Of a DNA stretch of 64,000 nt, positions 27,171 through 41,300 are shown piece by piece. How positions within the stretch are numbered: position 1 is the stretch's first letter; every line of letters begins with the position of its first letter. The notes under the pieces were generated by a model. The model was not told where the DNA came from. It saw nothing but the letters and a program-made list of their open reading frames with translations, and did not search any database. Both the position numbers and the translations under genes were made by a program. This DNA is from the human T2T-CHM13v2.0 reference genome, Homo sapiens. The DNA lies in assembly GCF_009914755.1 (NCBI RefSeq), contig NC_060926.1; one strand, given 5' to 3'.

Positions 27171-30102
27171 GCCCCCACCCCACTCCCACCAGGACTCCTG
27201 CATTTGGAGGGCAGGAAAGAGGCACAGACACAGAACTTGGACCTCTCTGTCCTTTCCTACCAACCGCTATAGTTCTTTATTGATCTCAAGTTGAGAGTAC
27301 CTGGAGGGAAAGGCTGAGTCTAGGTCACTCTCTGTGCAGTGTTCATTTGGCCAGACTTTGATAAGGACCATTGATGTGGACTATGTAGTACTGTGGCATA
27401 AGATCACATCCCTGTATTGTCCAAGAAGGCTTATGAAAGGGGTAGGTCATTCACTAGGCGCCTGATTGTGGTGCTTCTGAGAATAACTGTTTTGGAAGAA
27501 GTGCAGACCACACTCTATGATAAGGTGATTAGCTGCCCTACACAGGTTCTAAGACACATTTTGTGGCCCCCAACAGGCAGTCACACTGTCCTTATCTGCT
27601 CTGTCTTGCAGGCACTGCCAGAGCCTCCACAGCAGTTGGGCAATACTGTGGCTCTGACCAGAGCTCTGGACGGCTTCTTGGGGTTAGGCCGCCCAGATTG
27701 CATCCCATTACCTTCACATGGAACAAGAGTTTTGCAACAGTAGTTTCTGCCCTAGAGAGTTGGTGAGAACTTCTGCTTAGGAAACACAATAACAGGGTGA
27801 GGGGAGAAAGTGGGGGGCTCCTGGAGCAATCAGAGCAATAGAATTGCCACTACCCTAAAGGGCAGCAGTCCCTTTCTGGAAATGAGGCTTACTCACATGT
27901 CTTTACTAGGGCAGGATTCTTACTATAGCAGAAGAAGTCATATTCTAGCAGGAACTCCAGCACAAAATTCAGACCTTCCTGATGAATTGATTGGATGTTC
28001 GCGGGGTGGTGATGGGGGACTGGCTGAAGCCCATTTCACAGAGCAAGGAGGCTGCTCCTGGAAGAGAACTCATCAGATGGGAATCAGGGGCCAGGATTGG
28101 GGGAGCTGGACCTTCTCCCACTGTTTGGGGAAAAGAAGAGCAATGCTGAAGACCAACATCTAGCTCAACACTGCCCCTGAAGAGTCTGCACCAAGTCCAA
28201 TGGAGAGCAAAAGAGTTCCAAAAAGAAATTAGAAAAGTCTGTTAGACTTTGGGGACTCTCAAGCAGAGAGACCCACAAAGATCACCATAGACCTCCCAGA
28301 GCCTGGCACTGCACGTGCACCCGTCCTTCTTCAGTGGTGACTCTAGGGTGCATGTCCAGCAACTGCAAAGCCCAGAGAAGCATGTGGGAGACACCCCTAA
28401 TAGACTTCCCCAGTCCCTGAGGAGCACATTACAGGGCTGAAGCCCAGCATGAATGCATGGCCACCACAATCCAGGTTGTTGCTATTGACGTGACTTCATC
28501 TGTATTCATAGGCTGGGGATGCCCTGGGTAATTGGTGCAACATAATTATTTCTTTAAATTAGATGTCACTGAGATGCTCCAATGTACATCAGTTTCCCCT
28601 ACCTGTCAATTCATTTAGTGCTCAACAAAAATGTATTAAGCATCTATGATATGCCAAACAATGATTGATTTGGAGATACGAAGATAAAAATATGAAAGCA
28701 CTGCTTTCAAGAACCTTACCATGGGGGAAGGAGCAGCCAAATGGATGAGGAATTATAAACCCTTGGCTACATTTGCAAGGTAAAGGGAGAGTTGTCCAAA
28801 CCAAAAGAGTGGGAAAGAGCATCCCAGGGAAAAGGGAAACACATGCCAAGACCCCAGAGGAAACTAGAACAGCCCCTTGGGGGTTGAGGGGACTGTAGGT
28901 GGTTCCCTGTGGCTGGAGTTAAGGGTTCCGTACTGGGGGTGGGGGGAGACTGAAGTGACAGGGTTGGAGAAGTAACAGGAGTTAGATGGAGGGTACCAGG
29001 TGACCGGCTCGGGAGTCTGACTTTACCTGAGTGTAACCAGGGTCCTTGATGAATTTTAAGAGGAAAAGAAAGTGATCAAATTCATATATTAGGAAGCTCG
29101 TTCTGGCAGTAGATTGGAGGGTGGGTTAAAGGGGGAACTATTTGAGGTAGAGAACATTTAGGAGAGGAGGGGGACGGGGAGAGGAGGAAGAGGAGGATGA
29201 GGAGCAACTAACAGAGCGAAGCATCATTCCAAGTGTTTATCAGTATAGACTCATTTAATCCACATAACAACCCCATGTAGGAGCTGCTCTCATTATATCC
29301 ACTTCACAGATAATGAAACTGAGACCCAGTGAGATTAAATCACTTGACCAAAGTCCAGGACTAGGTAGATGGATTCTAACTCACACAGCCCAGTCTGGAA
29401 CCCACAACTTTGCATGACCATTGCCTTAGGTGAAGTGAGAGAGAATAAAGTATTGCCTAACACTCTCAGTGAAGATGGTGAGGAGGAGATAGTCAGGAGT
29501 GTTCTTAAGGAGAGGAAGAGTAAGGAGCAGGTACATTTCTGGTTTGGCAGATGATTGAACAAGGAACCACTCAGGAGAAAGACGTGTCAGGAAATACAAT
29601 GAGATTAGTTTTCTACATGCTGAATTTGCAAAATCTGTAGGCCCTCAGGGAGATTTAAGGAGATAATTGCATGTCAGAGTTTGGAGCTTAGGGGAGACAC
29701 TTGTTGGGAGCAGTAGCTATGGGAGACTCTGGCACATGTCGGATGGCAGCTGAAGCCATGAAAACCAGTGGACTCACCAAGAGGGGGCAGTAGAATGAAA
29801 AGAGAAGAAAACCAAAGTAGAATCCTCAGGAACCTCAATATTTGAGGAATAAGTTAAGAAATAGAGCAATAAACAAGACAAGAGAGGTCAAGGGGAATAG
29901 AGGAGAATGGGTTAGTGGGATTCAGTGATATAGAGATCAAGTAAGACCTGAACGGTAACTTTCCACCATAAATAAAGATGAAAAGCATACAGCAGGCAGG
30001 AAGAAAATATCTTAACATAATTGACAAATATTCAAAACATAATTATATAAAGAGCTCCTACAAATCAGTAACAAAATCAATCAATAACAAAATAACAATC
30101 CA

Positions 30103-30595
30103 AGGCTGGGCATGGTGGTTCACGCCTGTCCCAGCACTTTGGGAGGCCGAGGTGGGTGGCCAGGGATTCGAGACCAGCCTGGCCGACATGGCGTGAAACC
30201 CTGTCTCTACTAAAATTACAAAAATGACCCAGGAGTGGTGGTGAACACTTGTAGTCCCATCTACTCGGGAGGCTGAGGCATGAGAATGGCTTGAATTTGG
30301 AAGGCAGAGGTTGCAGTGAGCCAAGATTGCACTCCAGGCTGAGCAACAGAGTGAGACTCTGTCTCCAAAAAAAAAAAAATTTTATTTCTTGCCATGCGCA
30401 GTGGCTCATGCCTGTAATCCCAACACTTTGAGAGGCAGAGGCAAGAGAATCACTTGAGGCCAAAAAAAAATAACAAAATAACAATCCAAAGCAAAAGGGA
30501 AACAGATAAGAATAACTAATTCAGCTGGGCCCAGTGGCTCACACCTGTAATCCCAGATATACAGGAGGCTAAGATGGCAGGATCACTTGAGGTGA
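30103..30595 (+). mobile_element. Alu plus two partial left-arm Alu fragments
   Basis: Alu at 30103-30378; fragments at ~30391-30470 and ~30523-30595; aataacaaaataacaatccaa recurs on both sides of the first two, like a TSD. Confidence 0.8.
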
Positions 30596-31237
30596 GATAT
30601 ATACATATATATGATATAGTAGATATATCTTTTTTATTAAGAAAAGAAGGAAGGAAAACATGTTTGTATTTGCATAGAGAGAATTCCAGGAAAATGTACA
30701 CACCAAGTTGTAGACAGTAGTTATCTGAGGAAAAGATATGGGTGAACAGAGGAACGGAAGAGAGACTTTCCAGCTGTGCTTTATATGCTTTTGTGCTTTT
30801 TTATTGCTTGTATTCTTTACAATATGCATGCTTTGTTTTGTCATATTAAAAGTTTTGTGTGTTTGTGTGTTTCTTTTTTGTTTCAATAGTTTTGGGGTAC
30901 AGGTGGTTTTCTGTTACATGGATAAGTTCTTTAGAGGTGATTTCTGAGAGATTTTTATGCACCTGTCACCCAAGCAGTGTACACTGTACCCAATATGTAA
31001 TCTTTTATCCCTCACCTCCCTCCCAACCTTCTTCCCTGCATCACCAAAATCTGCTATATCACTCTTAGGCCTTTGCATCCTCATAGCTTAGCCCCCACTT
31101 ATAAACGAGAACATATGATATTTGGTTTTCCATTCCTGAGTTACTTTACTTAGAATAACGGCTTCCAGCTCTATCCAAGTTGCTGCAAAAGACATTATTT
31201 TGTTCATTTTTATGGCTGAGTAGTATTGTATGGTGTA

Positions 31238-32226
31238 TGTAGGGAAAAGAAAGAGAGATCAGACTGTTACTGTGTCTATGTAGAAAAGGAAGACATAAGA
31301 AACTCCATTTTGACCTGTACCCTGAACAACTGTTTTGTCCTGAGATGCTGTTAATCTGTAACTTTGCCCCAACCTTGAGCTTATAAAAACATGTGTTGTA
31401 TGGAATCAAGGTTTAAGGGATCTAAGGCTGTGTAGGATGTGCCTTGTTAACAAAATGTTTACAGGCAGTATGCTTGGTAAAAGTCATCGCCATTCTCCGG
31501 TTTCGATAAACCAGGGGCACAATGCACTGCAGAAAGCCGCAGGAACCTCTGCCCTGGAAAGCCGGGTATCATCCAAGATTTCTCCCCATGTGATAGTCTG
31601 AAATATGGCCTTATGGGATGGGAAAAACCACACTGTCCCCCGGCCCGACACCCGTGAAAGGTCTGTGCTGAGGAGGATTAGTAAAAGAGGAAGGCCTCTT
31701 GCAGTTGAGATAAGAAGAAGGCCTCTGTCTCCTGCCTGCCCCTGGAAACGGAATGTCTCAGTATAAAACCCGATTGTACATTTGTTCAATTCTGAGATAG
31801 GAGAAAAACTGCCCTGTGGCAGGAGGCGAGACATGTTGGCAGCAATGCTGCTCTGTTATTCTGAGATGTTTGGGTGGAGAGAAGCATAAATCTGGCCTAT
31901 GTGCACATCTAGGCATAGTATCTTCCCTTAACCTTATTTGTGACACAGATTCATTTGCTCACATGTTTTCTTGCTGACCTTCTCCCCACTATCACCCTGC
32001 TCTCCTACCGCATTCCTCTTGCTGAGATCGTGAAAATAGTAATTAATAAATACTGAGGGAACTCAGAGACCAGTGCTGGTGTGGGTCCTCCGTATGCTGA
32101 GCGCCGGTCCCCTGGGCCCACTGTTCTTTCTCTATAATTTGTGTCTGTGTCTTATTTCTTTTCTCAGTCTCTCATCCCACCTGAAGAGATATACCCACAG
32201 GTGTGGAGGGGCAGGCCACCCCTTCA
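31238..32226 (+). mobile_element. Solo HERV-K(HML-2) LTR, older LTR5A/LTR5B type
   Basis: TGTAGGGAAAAGAAAGAGAGATCAGAC...GGGGCAGGCCACCCCTTCA; 989 bp; TATA-like agtataaaa; 6-bp TSD ggtgta at 31232-31237 and 32227-32232. Confidence 0.93.
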
Positions 32227-35200
32227 GGTGTATATAAACCACATTTTCTGTATCCACTCATTGGTTGATGGGCATTTAGGTCGGTTCCATATCTTTGCAA
32301 TTGTGAATTGTGCTGCTATAAACATGTGTGTGCAAGTGTGCTTTTCACATAATGACTTCTTTTCCCTTGGATAGATACCCAGTAGTGGGATTGCTGGATC
32401 AAATGGTAGTTTCACTTTTAGTTCTTTAAGAAATCCCCACACTGTTTTCCATAGTGGTTGTACTTTGCATTCTCACCAGCAGTGTAAAAGTGGTCTCTTT
32501 TCACCACATCCATGCCAACATCTATTGTTTTTTTGACTTGAATTATGGCCATTCTTGCAGGAGTAAGGTGGCATCTCATTCCAGTTTTCATTTGCATTTC
32601 CCTGATGATTAGTGATGTTGAGCATTTTTTCATGTTTGTTGGCTGTTTGTATATCTTATTTTGAGAAATGTGTAATCATGTCCTTTGCCCACTTTTTGAC
32701 AGGATTATTTGGTTTCTTCTTGCTGATTTGTTTGAGTTCCTTGTAGATTCTAGATACTAGATTCTAGTCCTTTGTCAGATGCTTATTTTGCTGATTTGAG
32801 TTCCTTGATTCTGGATACTAGTCCTTTGTCTGAATACACAGTTTGCTAATATTTTCTCCCACTCTGGGCTGTCTGTTTACTCTGCTGGTTATTTCTTTTG
32901 CTATGCAGGAGCCTTTTAGTTTAATTAGGTCCCATTTATTTATTTTTGTTTTCATTGCATTTGCTTTTGGGATCTTAGTCATAAATTCTTTGCCTAAGCC
33001 AATATCCAGAAGAGTTTTTCCAAAGTTATCTTCTAGAATGTTTATGGTTTCAGGTCCTAGATTTAAAGTCTTTGATCCATCTTGAGTTGATTTTTGTATA
33101 TGGTGGGAGATGGGGATCCGGTTCCATTCTTCTACATGTGGTTTCCCAGCACCTTTTATTGAAATGTCCTTTACTCAGTTTATGTTTTTGTTTGTTTTAT
33201 CAAAGGTCAGATAGCTGCATTTGGCTTTATTGCTGGGTTCTCTATTCTGTTCCCTTAGTCTACATGCCTATTTGTATACTAGTACCATGCTGTTTGGTAA
33301 TTGTAGCCTTGTAGTATAATTTGTAGTCAGGTGATGTCTTCAGATTTATTCTTTTTGCTTAGTTTTGCTTTGGCTTTGTGGCCTCTTTTTTGGTTCCATA
33401 CAAATTTCAGGATTTTTTTTCTATTTCTATGATGACTGATGATGGTATTTTGATGGGAATGGCATTGAATCTGTAGATTGCTTTGGGCAGTATGGTCATT
33501 TTCACAATATTAATTTTTCCATCCATGAGCATGGGGAGTGTTTCCAATTGTTTGTGTAATCTATGATTTTTCAGCAGTGTTTTGTAGTTTTCTTTGTAGA
33601 GATGTTACACCTCCCTGGTTAAGCGTATTCCTAGGTATTTTATTTTATTTTTTGCAGCTGTCATAAAAGAGATTGAGTTCTTGATTTGATTCTCAGCATG
33701 GTCGTTGTTGGTAGATAGCAGTGCTACTGATTTGTGTACATTGATTTCATAACCTGAGACTTTACTGAATTCATTTATCAGATCTAGGAGCTTTCTGGAT
33801 GAGTCTTTAGGGTTTTTTAGGTATACGATCATATCAGCAGTGAACAGTGACAGTTTGACTTCCTCTTTTCCAATTTGGATGCCATTTATTTCTTTCTCTT
33901 GTCTGATTGCTGTGGCTGGGACTTCCAGTACTATGTTGAATAGGAGTGGTGAACGTGGGCATCCTTGTCTTATTCCAGTTCTCAGGGGGAATGTTTTCAA
34001 CTTCTCCCCATTCAGTATGATGTTGGCTGTGGGTTTGTCATATAATGGCTTTATTACTTTGAGCTAAGTCCCTTCTATGCCTATTTTGTTGAGGGTGCTG
34101 GATTTTATTAAATGCTTTGTGTCTATTGAGATGATCATATGGTTTTCCTTTTTAATTCTATCTATGTGATGTATCACATTTATTGACTTGTGTATGTTAA
34201 ATCATCCCTGCATCCCTGGGATGAAACCCATTTGATCATGATGTATTATATTTTTGATGTGCTGTTGGATTTGGTTAGCTAGTATTTTATTGAGGATTTT
34301 TGTATCTATAGTCATCAGGGGTATTGGTCTATAGTTTTCATTTTTTGTTATGTCCTTTCCTGGTTTTGGTATTAGGGTGACACTGGCTTCATACAGTGAT
34401 TGGGGTGTGGGGGGGAATTCCTTCTTTCTTTATCTTTTGGAATAGTTTCAGTAAGACTGGTACCAATTCTTCTTTGAATGCCTGGTAGAAATCAGCTGTG
34501 AATCCATCTGTTCCTGGACTTTTTTGGGTTGGCAATTTTTTATTACTGATTCAATCTCACTGCTTATTATTGGTCTGCTCAGAGTTTCTATTTTTCCCTG
34601 ATTTAACCTAGGAGGATTGTATGTTTCCAGGAATTTATCCATTTCCTCTAGATTTTCTAGTTTGTGCACATAAAGGTGTTCATAGTAGCCTTGATTGATT
34701 TTTTGTATTTCTGTGTGATCGGTTGTAATATCTCCAGTTTCATTTCTAATTGATCTTATTGGATCTTCTCTCTTCTTTTCTTGGTTAATCTTGCTAATGG
34801 TCTAGCAATTTGGTTTATCTTTTCAAAGAACAAGCTTTTTGTTTCATTTATCTTTTATATTGTTTTTGTTTTTTCAATTTCATTTAGTTCTTCTCTGATC
34901 TTCATTATTTCTTTTCTTCTGCTGGACGTGGGTTTAGTTTGTTCTTGTTTCTCCAGTTCCTTGAGGTGTGACGTTAGGTCGTCAATTTGTGCTCTTGCAA
35001 ACTTTTTGATATAAGCATTTAACTCTATGAAATTTCCTCTTAGGGCTGCTTTTGCTGTATCCCAGAGGTTTTGATAAGTTGTGTCAATATTATCATTCAT
35101 ACTAAAGAATTTTTTAATTTCCATCTTGATTTCATTGCTAACCCAAAAATCTTTCAAGAGCAGATTATTTAATTCCCATGTATTTGTATAGTTTGAGAGT

Positions 35201-35772
35201 TCCTTTTGGAGCTAATTTCCAGTTTTATTCCACTGTGCTGTGGTCTGAGAAGATACTTGCTATTTTGATTTTCTTAAATTTATTGAGACTTGTTTTGTGG
35301 CCTATCATATGTTTTGTCTTGGAGAATGTTCCACGTGCTGTTGAGAAGAATGTACATTCTGCAGTTGTTGGAAAGAATGTTCTGTCAATATCTGTTAAAT
35401 CCACTTGGGTATAGTTTAAGCCCATTGTTTCTTTGTTGGTTTTCTGTCTTGATGATCTGTCTAGTGCTGAGAGTGGAGTATCAGAGTCCCCCACTATTAT
35501 TGTGTTGCTGTCTATCTCATTTCTTAGGTCAGGTACTAAATGTTTTATAAATCTGGGAGCTCCAGTGTTAGGTGGATGTAAATTTAGAATTGTAATATCT
35601 TCTTGTTGGACTAATTCTTTTATCATTATATAATGTCCTTCTTTGTCTTTTTTTACTGTTGTTGATCAAAAGTCTGTTTTGCCAGAAATAAGAATAGCTA
35701 CACCTGCTTGGTTTTGGTTTCCATTTGCGTGGAATATCTTTTTTTCCTTTACCTTGAATTTATGAGTCCTTA

Positions 35773-36695
35773 TGCAGCAGGTCAGATTTTCATTAGCAGC
35801 CAAGGTCAGTTTCCACTAACCCTTTACTATAATTTTGATGAATACATAAGTTAAATATTAAAGAACTGGAGAAACCAGTGTCTGGGTGTATTAGTCCATT
35901 CTTACACTCCTATAAAGAACTACCTGAGACTGGGTAATTTATGAATAAAAGAGGTTTCATTGACTCACAGTTCTGCAGGCTATACAGGAAGCATGGCTGG
36001 GAGGCCTCAGGAAACTTACAATCACGGCAGAAGGTGAAGGGCAAGCAAGCGTGTCCTACCATGGCAAAGCAGGAGAGAGAGAGTGAAGGCGGAAGGGCTA
36101 CACACTTTCAAACAACCAGATCTCATGAGAACTCACTCACTATCATGAGAGCAGCAAGGGGGTTATCCACCCCCAAGATCCAATCACCTCCCACCAGCTC
36201 CCTCCTCCAACACTGGGAATTACAATTCGACATGACATTTGGGTAGGGACATGGAGCCAAACCATGTCATCGAGTATGAGGACTAGAATGCAAAAACAAA
36301 CCCATTAAGACCTTGTCTGGGTTTTCTCAGACCCTAAAGTCTGATCAAATAATAAAAGCATTCTAACACATATACCTCATACCAGGGCCCACTTAAGATT
36401 AAGAAACTTTCCAAGGCTCTAGAGAAAGTTTTCCAGACCCCAAACTCTAGTTAAAGATTAGATATAGATTGAATGAAACACTCTGGCTTGTAGCTGCACT
36501 CCCACATGTAGTCATAGAGTGTAAAATATATATAAGCACTGGGGAAAAATTTGTAACTTTGAGTTGGTCTGGTGAGTTGCTCCAACCTTCTCCCTGTAAC
36601 CATTTACAGAAATAAACTCCCTTCTTTCCCAGTCTGTCTGCATCTTGTTATTGGACCCTAAGTGCAAGCAGCCGGACCTCATTCATCTGGGAACA
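35773..36695 (+). mobile_element. Solo ERV1-class LTR (family not assigned), interrupted by THE1
   Basis: TG...CA termini (tgcagcagg...gggaaca); TATA-like tatataa and aataaa; 4-bp TSD ctta. Confidence 0.7.
35887..36269 (-). mobile_element. THE1 (THE1C/D-like) MaLR LTR
   Basis: tgtattagtccatt...gagactgggtaattt...ggaggcctcaggaaacttacaatc...ccaaaccatgtca. Confidence 0.88.
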
Positions 36696-37152
36696 CTTAT
36701 GTGTTATTTGTGTCTCTTGAAGACAGCAGATATTTGATGGGTGGTTTTTAAATCAATCCTGCCACTCTGTATCTTTTAAGTGGAGCATTTAGGCCACTTA
36801 CATTCAATGTTAAAACTGGGATGTTCTGTCTGGAATTGGTTCCTTCCGGTGGGTTCTTGGTCTTGCTGACTTCAAGAATGAAGCCACGGACACTCGCAGT
36901 GAGTGTTACAGTTCTTAAAGATGGTGTGTCCGGAGTTTGTTCCTTCAGATGTTCAGATGTGTCCAGAGTTTCTCCCTTCCGGTGGGTTCGTGATCTTGCT
37001 GACTTCAGGAGTGAAGCCGCAGACCTTCGCAGTGAGTGTTACAGCTCTTAAAGGTGGCGCGTCCGGAGTTTTTTGTTCCTCCTGGTGGGTTCGTGGTCTC
37101 ACCGACTTCAGGAGTGAAGCCACAGACCTTCGCAGTGAGTGTTACAGCTCTT

Positions 37153-38300
37153 TTTTTTTTTTAATTTTACATTTTGTTTTATTTTATCAAAGTTATGCTT
37201 GGTTCCAGATCTGTGAGACAATATTTTTAATATGGAAAACAGAACATCAACAAAACAAACAAGAAAATGACTTGCAGCCTTGAAGTATACTCAGGGCAAG
37301 GTAGTGTGGGTGACCATCTGATTAAAGAAGCTAAGTCAGAGCCAGAAATCACTTTATGTTTTAAGTATAATAATCAACAAGTCAGAATCACAGCCGATAA
37401 TTAAACTTCTTAGGCAGTTGCTTCATCATAACATTCATTTCTGCATACATACTTTCAGGTTGGAAGTAGAAATTCTCAAATGTCTGAATAACCAATATAC
37501 AAAAACAATTCTGAAGACGTTAATTAAAGAAGCACCTTCAAACAGTGTTCTCTGATTCAAAAAGTTTTAAAAGGGGCTTGGATTTGGAGGAATGCAGGAG
37601 GCAGCCAGATGGATGGGGAGAAAGGAGGATGGTCAAAGAGGCAGAGCCCTTTGCTATGAGAATCAACTTCAACCAGAAAAGATCCACTTTTACTAATTTT
37701 ACAAAGTAGGATTTCACATGAGTTATCTTTAAAAATATCTTCAAAGAAAGTGTTTACTTACTTTAAAAAGAGAGTCCAAAAATCACTGTCCTAAAGAATG
37801 GATATGTTTTGTTACAAAAGTAGAGGCAATAAGAAATTTGTAGTATAGTGATGTTAAGGAAGAAAACTAACTTCTGAGCTATTGTCTACATTTCTGTTCA
37901 TTTAATTCCATTCTCTCTGAGCCATCCCGGTGCCTCCTTGTTATGAGAATACCCCCTTATCTTATACCATCCAACAAACAGAATCCTGTAATTCCTTTGG
38001 TAGATTTGGGATTCTGGTTTACATAACTATTGACTATGGCAGAAACACCTAGGATACTATCTCAGTGTGTTTACATGGTTCTTTTTGATTCTACATTTAG
38101 ATGGTGCCTTTTTGCTTATTATGCTTGTTACTTATAGGGAATGTGGTTTTACAAGCTAAGATCTTCTTGGCTGTGGTATTATTCCATGTAGAAATTAGCT
38201 CAGCTCCTTCTAGTCACTAAGAGACCAAAGGCTGTAGTAACTCTGTCTCCCTATCACCTCTCTGGATTTCTATGTGGTCCATGACTCCTGTAAGACTAAT
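37153..38300 (-). other. L1 3' transduction with its own poly(A) tail
   Basis: Second poly-T at 37151-37162; minus-strand AATAAA at 37178-37183; non-repeat sequence enclosed by the L1 TSD. Confidence 0.88.
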
Positions 38301-41300
38301 TTCTTTTTTTTTTTAATTATACTTTAAGTTCTAGGGTACATGTGCACAATGTGCAGGTTTGTTGCATATGTATACATGTACCATGTTGGTGTGCTGCACC
38401 CATTAACTCATCATTTACATTAGGTGTATCTCCTAATGCTATCCCTCTTCCCTCCCCCCACCCCATGACAGGCCCCAGTGTGTGATGTTCCCCACCCTGT
38501 GTCCAAGTGTTCTCATTGTTCAATTCCCACCTATAAGTGAGAACCTTGAAATAGTTTGCTCAGAATGATGGTTTCCAGCTTCATCCATGTCCCTACAAAG
38601 GACGTGATCTCATCCTTTTTATGGCTGCATAATATTCCATGGCGTATATGTGCCACATTTTCTTCATCCAGTCTATCATTGACAGACATTTGGTTTGGTT
38701 CCAAGTCTTTACTATTGTGAATAGTGCTGCAATAAACATATGTGTGCATGTGTCTTTATAGCAGCATGATTTATAATCCTTTGAGTATATACCCAGTAAT
38801 GGGATGGCTGGGTCAAATGGTATTTCTAGTTCTAGATCCTTGAGGAATTGCCACACTGTTTTCCACAATCGTTGAACAAATTTACAGTACGACCAACAGT
38901 GTAAAAGTGTTCCTATTTCTCCACATCCTCTCCAGCACCTGTTGTTTCCTGACTTTTTAATGATCGCCATTCTAACTGGTGTGAAATAGTATCTCGCTGT
39001 GGTTTAGATTTTCATTTCTCTGATGGCCAGTGATAATGAGCATTTTTTCATGGGTCTGTTGGCTGCATAAATGTCTTCTTTTGAGAAGTGTCTGTTCATA
39101 TCCTTTGCCCACTTTTGATGGGGTTATTTGATTTTTCTTCTACATTTGTTTAAGTTCTTTGTAGATTCTGGATATTAGCCCTTTGTCAGATGGGTAGAAA
39201 GCAAAAATTTTCTCCCACTCTGTAGGTTGCCTGTTCACTCTGATGGTAGTTTCTTTTGCTGTGCAGAAGCTCTTTGGTTTAATTAGATCCCATTTGTCAA
39301 TTTTGGCTTTTGTTGCCATTGCTTTTGGTGTTTTAGACATGAAGTCCTTGCCCATGCCTATGTCCTGAACGGTATTACCTAGGTTTTCTTCTAGGGTTTT
39401 TATGATTTTAGGTGTAATATTTAAGTCTTTAATCCATCTTGAATTAATTTTTGTATAAGATGTAAGGAAGGGATCCAGTTCCAGCTTTCTACATATGGCT
39501 AGCCAGTTTTCCCAGCACCATTTATTAAATAGGGAATCCTTTCCCCATTTCTTGTTTTTGTCAGGTTTGTCAAAGATCAGATAGTTGTAGATGTGTGGTA
39601 TTATTTCCGGGGGCTCTATTCTGTTCCATTGGTCTATATCTCTGTTTTGGTACCAGTACCATGCTGATTTGGTTACTATAGCCTTGTAGTATAGCTTGAA
39701 GTCAGGTAGCGTGATGCCTCCAGCTTTGTTCTTTTGGCTTAGGATTATCTTGGCAATGCGGGCTCTTTTTTGGTTCCATATGAACTTTAAAGTAGTTTTT
39801 TCCAGTTCTGTGAAGAAAGTCATTGGTAGCTTGATGGGGATGGCATTGAATCTATAAATTACCTTGGGCAGCATGGCCATTTTCACAATATTGACTCTTC
39901 CTATCCATAAACATGGAATGTTCTTCCATTTGTTTGTGTCCTCTTTTATCTCATTGAGCAGTGGGTTATAGTTCTCCTTAAAGAGGTCCTTCACATCCCT
40001 TGTAAGTTGGATTCCTAGGTATTTTATTCTCTTTGTAGCAATTGTGAAGGAGTTCACTCATGATTTGGCTCTCTGTTTGTCTGTTAATGGTATATAGGAA
40101 TGCTTGTGATTTTTGCACATTGATTTTGTATCCTGAGACTTTGCTGAAGTTGCTTATCAGCTTAAGGAGATTTTGGGCTGAGATGATGGGGTTTTCTAAA
40201 TATACAATCATGTCATCTGCAAACAGGGACAATTTGACTTCCTCTTTCTCTTGCCTGATTGACCTGGCCAGAACTTCCAACACTATGTTGAATAGGAGTG
40301 GTGAGAGAGGGCATCCCTGTCTTGTGCCAGTTTTCAAAGGGAATGCTTCCAGTTTTTGCCTATTCAGTATGATATTGGCTGTGGGTTTGTCCTAACTAGC
40401 TCTTATTATTTTGAGATACATCCCATCAATACCTAGTTTATTGAGAGTTTTTAGCATGAAGGCTATTGAATTTTGTTGAAGGCCTTTTCTGCATCTATTG
40501 AGATAATCATGTTTTTATCTTTGGTTCTGTTTATATGATGGATTACATTTATTGGTTTGCATATGTTGAACCAGCCTTGCATCTCAGGGATGAAGCCAAC
40601 TTGATTGTGGTGGATAAGCTTTTTGATGTGCTGCTGGATTCGGTTTGCCTGTATTTTGTTGAGGATTTTTGCATCAATATTCATCACGGATATTGATCTA
40701 AAATTCTCTTTTTTTGTTGTGTCTCTGCCAGGCTTTGGTATCAGGATGATACTGGCCTCATAAAATGAATTAGGGGGGATTCCCTCTTTTTCTATTGATT
40801 GGAATAGTTTCAGAAGGAATGGTACCAGCTCCTCTTTGTACCTCTGGTAGAATTTGGCAGTGAATCTGTCTGGTCCTGAACTTTTTTTGGTTGGTAGGCT
40901 ATTAATTATTGCCTCAATTTCAGAACCTGTTATTGATCTATTCAGAGATTCAACTTCTTCCTGGTTTAGTCTTGGGAGGATGTATGTGTTGAGGAATTTA
41001 TCCATTTCTTCTAGATTTTCTAGTTTGTTTGTGTAGAGGTGTTTGCAGTATTCTCTGATGGTAGTTTGTATTTCTGTGGGATCAGTGGTGATATTCCCTT
41101 TATCATTTTTTATTGCATCTATTTGATTCTTCTCTCTTTTCTTCTTTATTAGTCTTGCTAGCAGTCTATCAATTTTGTTGATCTTTTCAAAAAACCAGCT
41201 CCTGGATTCATTGATTTTTTTGAAGGGTTTTTTTGTGTCTCTGTCTCCTTCAATTCTGCTCTGATCTTAGTTATTTCTTGCCTTCTGCTAGCTTTCGAAT

